Part shown: piece after piece, positions 60,621-64,000 of the stretch
How positions within the stretch are numbered: the stretch's first letter is position 1
How the letters are laid out: each line of letters begins with the position of its first letter
NCBI GenBank assembly: GCA_963775685.1
Contig: CAVZJV010000014.1
Span: 832,001-896,000 of the forward strand
Length of the DNA stretch: 64,000 bases
DNA from: Candidatus Bathyarchaeota archaeon
GTDB lineage: Archaea > Thermoproteota > Bathyarchaeia > Bathyarchaeales > Bathycorpusculaceae
Reading direction: 5' to 3'
Program-made: the position numbers and the translations under genes
Notes under the pieces: model-generated
The model's input: only the letters and a program-made list of their open reading frames with translations
The model's database searches: none
What the model was told of the DNA's origin: nothing

Positions 60621-61178
60621 TTAGCTAGGGTTGTCCTTAACAATTTTCCACGTATGCGCTTTCCGTTGAGAAACATTACAAACTCTTTTTCCAGCATCGA
60701 CAACTAAGCCTTTTTTAACAAAACTATTACGTACAGGGCGAATCACGTTTGGGTCTCTGTACCCCAGGGAAAATGCGAGCTCATAATCCGTAGAACATGG
60801 ATGCTGAACCAATGCGTCAAAAACTTCTTTGTTTGTGACAGTTGGGATTAATTTCTTAAATTTTCCAGTTGGAACCGTTATTTCATTATTATTTCCGACG
60901 CCACGCCAAAAATGTGCCGATTTACCTGAAATCGTACACTTGCGCTTTCCCATGTCGCTCAATAAGTCCATATCGTAAAGTTCTTTTCTTCTAGGTCTTA
61001 CAACGTCAGGATTTTGGAAACCCATGGCAAAAGTAATTTCTAAATCGGTAGAATCTGGCCAAGTGAGAAAAGCATCTAAAACCGCCTTTTGCCTTTCTCC
61101 AAGTTCGGGTGTAATTTCTAGATAAGCAATAATAGATGTTTCTCGCATTAATCGGGTAAGTCGCAGTTGTTTTTTCAA
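60621..61178 (-). CDS. Protein with two tandem winged-helix-like repeats
   Basis: STDLEI..GFQNPDVVRPRRKEL..GKRKCTISGKSAHFW versus STDYEL..GYRDPNVIRPVRNSF..GKRVCNVSQRKAHTW. Confidence 0.7.
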   Translation of the reverse strand: MKKQLRLTRLMRETSIIAYLEITPELGERQKAVLDAFLTWPDSTDLEITFAMGFQNPDVVRPRRKELYDMDLLSDMGKRKCTISGKSAHFWRGVGNNNEITVPTGKFKKLIPTVTNKEVFDALVQHPCSTDYELAFSLGYRDPNVIRPVRNSFVKKGLVVDAGKRVCNVSQRKAHTWKIVKDNPS

Positions 61179-61314
61179 CGATAATCAAAAGAAAAATAAC
61201 GTTGTTATTGCTCACTGGAGTTTTCAAAAAAAGAAAAAGAACACGCTTCGGGGAAAATTTTAAAATACTACTTTTTTAAGCTAACTTAAAAAGAAAAGGA
61301 AAAATTATTTTTTC

Positions 61315-63950
61315 CTAACTTTTAGTTAAAGCTTTCATCAATGTACTCGATATTTCTGTTTTTGTCTCTTCGTTTACGAAGATGTATTGAATTTTATTTT
61401 CAACTTCATCTTTAATGATGCCATCCCAACCTTCAACGGGGAACTCTGCAAGGCGTTTATCCATGCTATTAGTAACATCTAAGTTTTCGATGTCGCTTTC
61501 AGTTCCGCTCAAGTTGCTTCTCAGCTTAGATTTAAGTGTTTCAACAATTTTCTCTTTGCCACCTAGAACACCCATATTTCCTTTTCGATGTTATTCTCTA
61601 AAGATTCTTCTATCGCTTGTTTAGTTTCAGCCGTTACCACTTCGTCTGGTGGTCTAACCTTAGCTTTGCATCCATGCTCCTCTAGCTTCTCGTCAACCAA
61701 GCAAGAAACTTCTCAGGAGTGAATGCGTTCAGCTCAATCCTATTCATAAGTTTGTTGCCATCTTTATCATAACCGGCATCCGTTATCTCTTTTAGTTCCT
61801 CAGGCATGTACTTGCCGATTTTTTTAGATATTTTTGTGTAATGACCATCTTTATTTTTTTGCCAAGGAACTTTCTCAGGTTTCAGTTTCCATTCTTCAGC
61901 GTCCTTTATTGTCAAGCCTAAATCAACAATTTCAAGTTTATGTTCTGGGTCGTTTTGGCTTCCATGCTTAAACGTTAAGGAAATGCCCAAACCGTAGACA
62001 TCAGCATTGTGAACGGTGAATAATTGCATCTTTTGACCGCTTTCTTCAGCCATCTTCTTTAACTTCTTTAACATTTTACGGGCACCCATAGACCTTCGCC
62101 TCTTCCAGCAATCACAGCTACATCAAATTTATCGTGAAAGTGATTTTCAGTCAGAATCCCTTTAAAACCACGTTTTTCTATGAATAGAATTTTATTGTAT
62201 TTCCAAGCAGGCAATTCATAATCATCTACGTTCTCAGTATCAATCAACATAACGGATTTTTCACGGGGTTCTTGGAGCTCGCCACTGGCTTCTTTAAGCA
62301 TTTTTTTCAGAATTTCGTCACCATTAGAGTACTCTCTCCTGAATTGCTCAAGAAGAGTTGGCGTAAAATAGGGATCGAATTTAGACACCAGATCGCGCCA
62401 CCCTTTTTTAATAAAAATTTCTCTCAAGGTGTACCATAAGTTACGAGCATAATAGCTGAGTTTTCCTCCACTTGAAACAACGCCAACAGCTTCAGGCAAC
62501 ATATCAAAAACTTTTTCTTTCTGAGTAGCCGTACCAGCAGCTATACTTTTATCAACAGTTTCGTCCTCTCGGATTCGTTTGATCTACTTTTTTAGGCTCT
62601 TAGACAATCCTGATGCATCATAGACAACTATAGCATAGAAGAAGCAAACGGCCTAACATTAATCCTTGTTTTACCTAGGTCACAAAAGGGCACGTTTGGG
62701 CTTATCAAGTGAATCCATACCTCAACTGGATCGGAATCTGTTATGCCATTGTAATCTAATATGCCTGAGATATTTTGCAATATTTTTCCATTCACAATAC
62801 CTCGTAATCGTAGTTTAAACTTCTATCATCTGGTCTAAGGTCCTCGATTGATCGCAACATGGATTTTCTGTTTACTCGTATCGTTAAAAGCTTTCACGGC
62901 GACTTCTACTAAAAACGGGATTTTTTGGCTAGTCTCATTATCAATTGTAATGGCTTTCTTAAACTTGTATTTACTATTCCATTTAGTAGAAGGATTTCTC
63001 CCAAAAACCTGATCAATACGTCTGAGCTAACGGCCTTTGCTCAAGGCTAAGGGCAACAGAACAGTTGCAGTCGCTGCTTTGCCTATGCCTGAAAGGTATT
63101 CTAGAACTCTCAAGTAATACTGCCTTCTTTGTTCAGGACTGAAGTCCTTTAGATTTTTTGGAAAGTCTTTCAATTTTAGTTCGCTGCAATCTCTGAACTC
63201 TTGAGTAAAAACATCTGTCTCTTTGTCTCCTACAGCGATTATCTGTTTGATGAGTGTTTCCTCGTCAAAATCCAGAAATGACTCTCGGAAGTGTATTTTC
63301 AGGTCTGCTATCTTTTTGTATAGCAGCTAGTCGCGCTTTAGCTCTTTGTATGTAAAATTGACATGTGGATTAACGCGACGTATTCCAAAAATTTCTCAAG
63401 ATATGGTTCATCTGTCGCTCACTTTTCAAAGTAAGGTGGAAGAATAACGGATACTTTTGACGCTCATTCGTCACGTTCAACATCAGAAATTTTCGGGATG
63501 ATTTTTGCTTCTTTGCTATCATATAGAACGTCTAAGTTATATTTTTTACCGTTGCTAATAATCGTAATAGGGCATTCGTCGTATGTTTCATGAAGTTCTC
63601 TAGCGAGTGCGGTGCATCTACCAGGGATTATTTTATAGGCGTGTCCAACTAAACTGATGGTTATGTATTTGTAGAGTGCTCTGCTTGAGTAGAAATGTTT
63701 CAGGTCACATATTTTACGTACATTCTTTTCTACTCAGCCTAAACTATTATCTTTAACAGTGATTTTTATGAAGCTTCTGAATGTTTTTTCAATACATAGC
63801 TCAATGTTTACGTCTTTAATTTTTTCTTTAATTTCTAGCTGGCAGTATCTCTCGTCACACATGTCGATTGAATTTCCTAAGAGCTCACTAGATATGACAG
63901 CGTTGAAGTTTTCTATCGGTTCACCTATCAACGTTGTAATCCAAGCAATG
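61315..63950 (-). pseudogene. Decayed fused type IIB topoisomerase (Topo VIII-like: GHKL-transducer-WHD-Toprim); 5' end not in window
   Basis: ELLGNSID, TVKDNSLG, NPHVNFT, PFLVEV, IHLISPNVPFCDLGKTRI, RNLWY, LFIEKRG, HNADVYG, DLGL and RIELNA in order; multiple stops and indels. Confidence 0.75.

Positions 63951-64000
<50 letters not shown>

Larger units (their letters stand above)
59046..63950. mobile_element. Putative integrative element (left part) inserted in the DUF763 gene
   Basis: Integrase abuts the truncated host gene; all genes on the minus strand; visibly more AT-rich; cargo typical of mobile elements. Confidence 0.7.

Noticed and set aside
62500-63740. Several in-frame TGA/TAG codons in the topoisomerase gene suggesting stop-codon reassignment
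   Set aside because: The stops are of mixed type and accompany indels and motif decay; neighbouring genes terminate normally at TAG, TAA and TGA.

Overview
An archaeal chromosomal segment, most consistent with Bathyarchaeia (TACK). The evidence is the archaeal information genes (CCA enzyme-ThpR pair, tRNA splicing endonuclease, NOP2/NIP7, ATP-dependent ligase), an eL22-like ribosomal protein, PSVPEFT-type secreted proteins and Zn-ribbon tyrosine recombinases. Most of the window is housekeeping: trpS, hisS, purA, nadA, glnA, mtnA, mvaA, trxA, lig and two alpha-glucan phosphorylases. Signalling genes include a multi-PAS protein, a CheB-CheR-PAS-kinase fusion and a HAMP kinase. Three accessory or decayed zones interrupt this: ~12.9-14.7 kb (gene relics), ~23-28 kb (integrase relic, kinase, dispersed non-coding repeats, Cys/Zn microproteins) and 59-64 kb. 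The last looks like an integrative element inserted into a DUF763 gene, carrying a Zn-ribbon tyrosine integrase, a tandem wHTH-like protein and a decayed fused type IIB (Topo VIII-like) topoisomerase. Reading the DNA directly also gave features absent from the ORF track: a C/D box sRNA, a NikR-type operator, a divergent pair of tiny RHH-like paralogs and several small ORFs. Several conserved genes carry single indels, so some apparent pseudogenes may be sequencing errors. I found no CRISPR array, rRNA or tRNA gene. All family calls are from motif recognition, not database searches.
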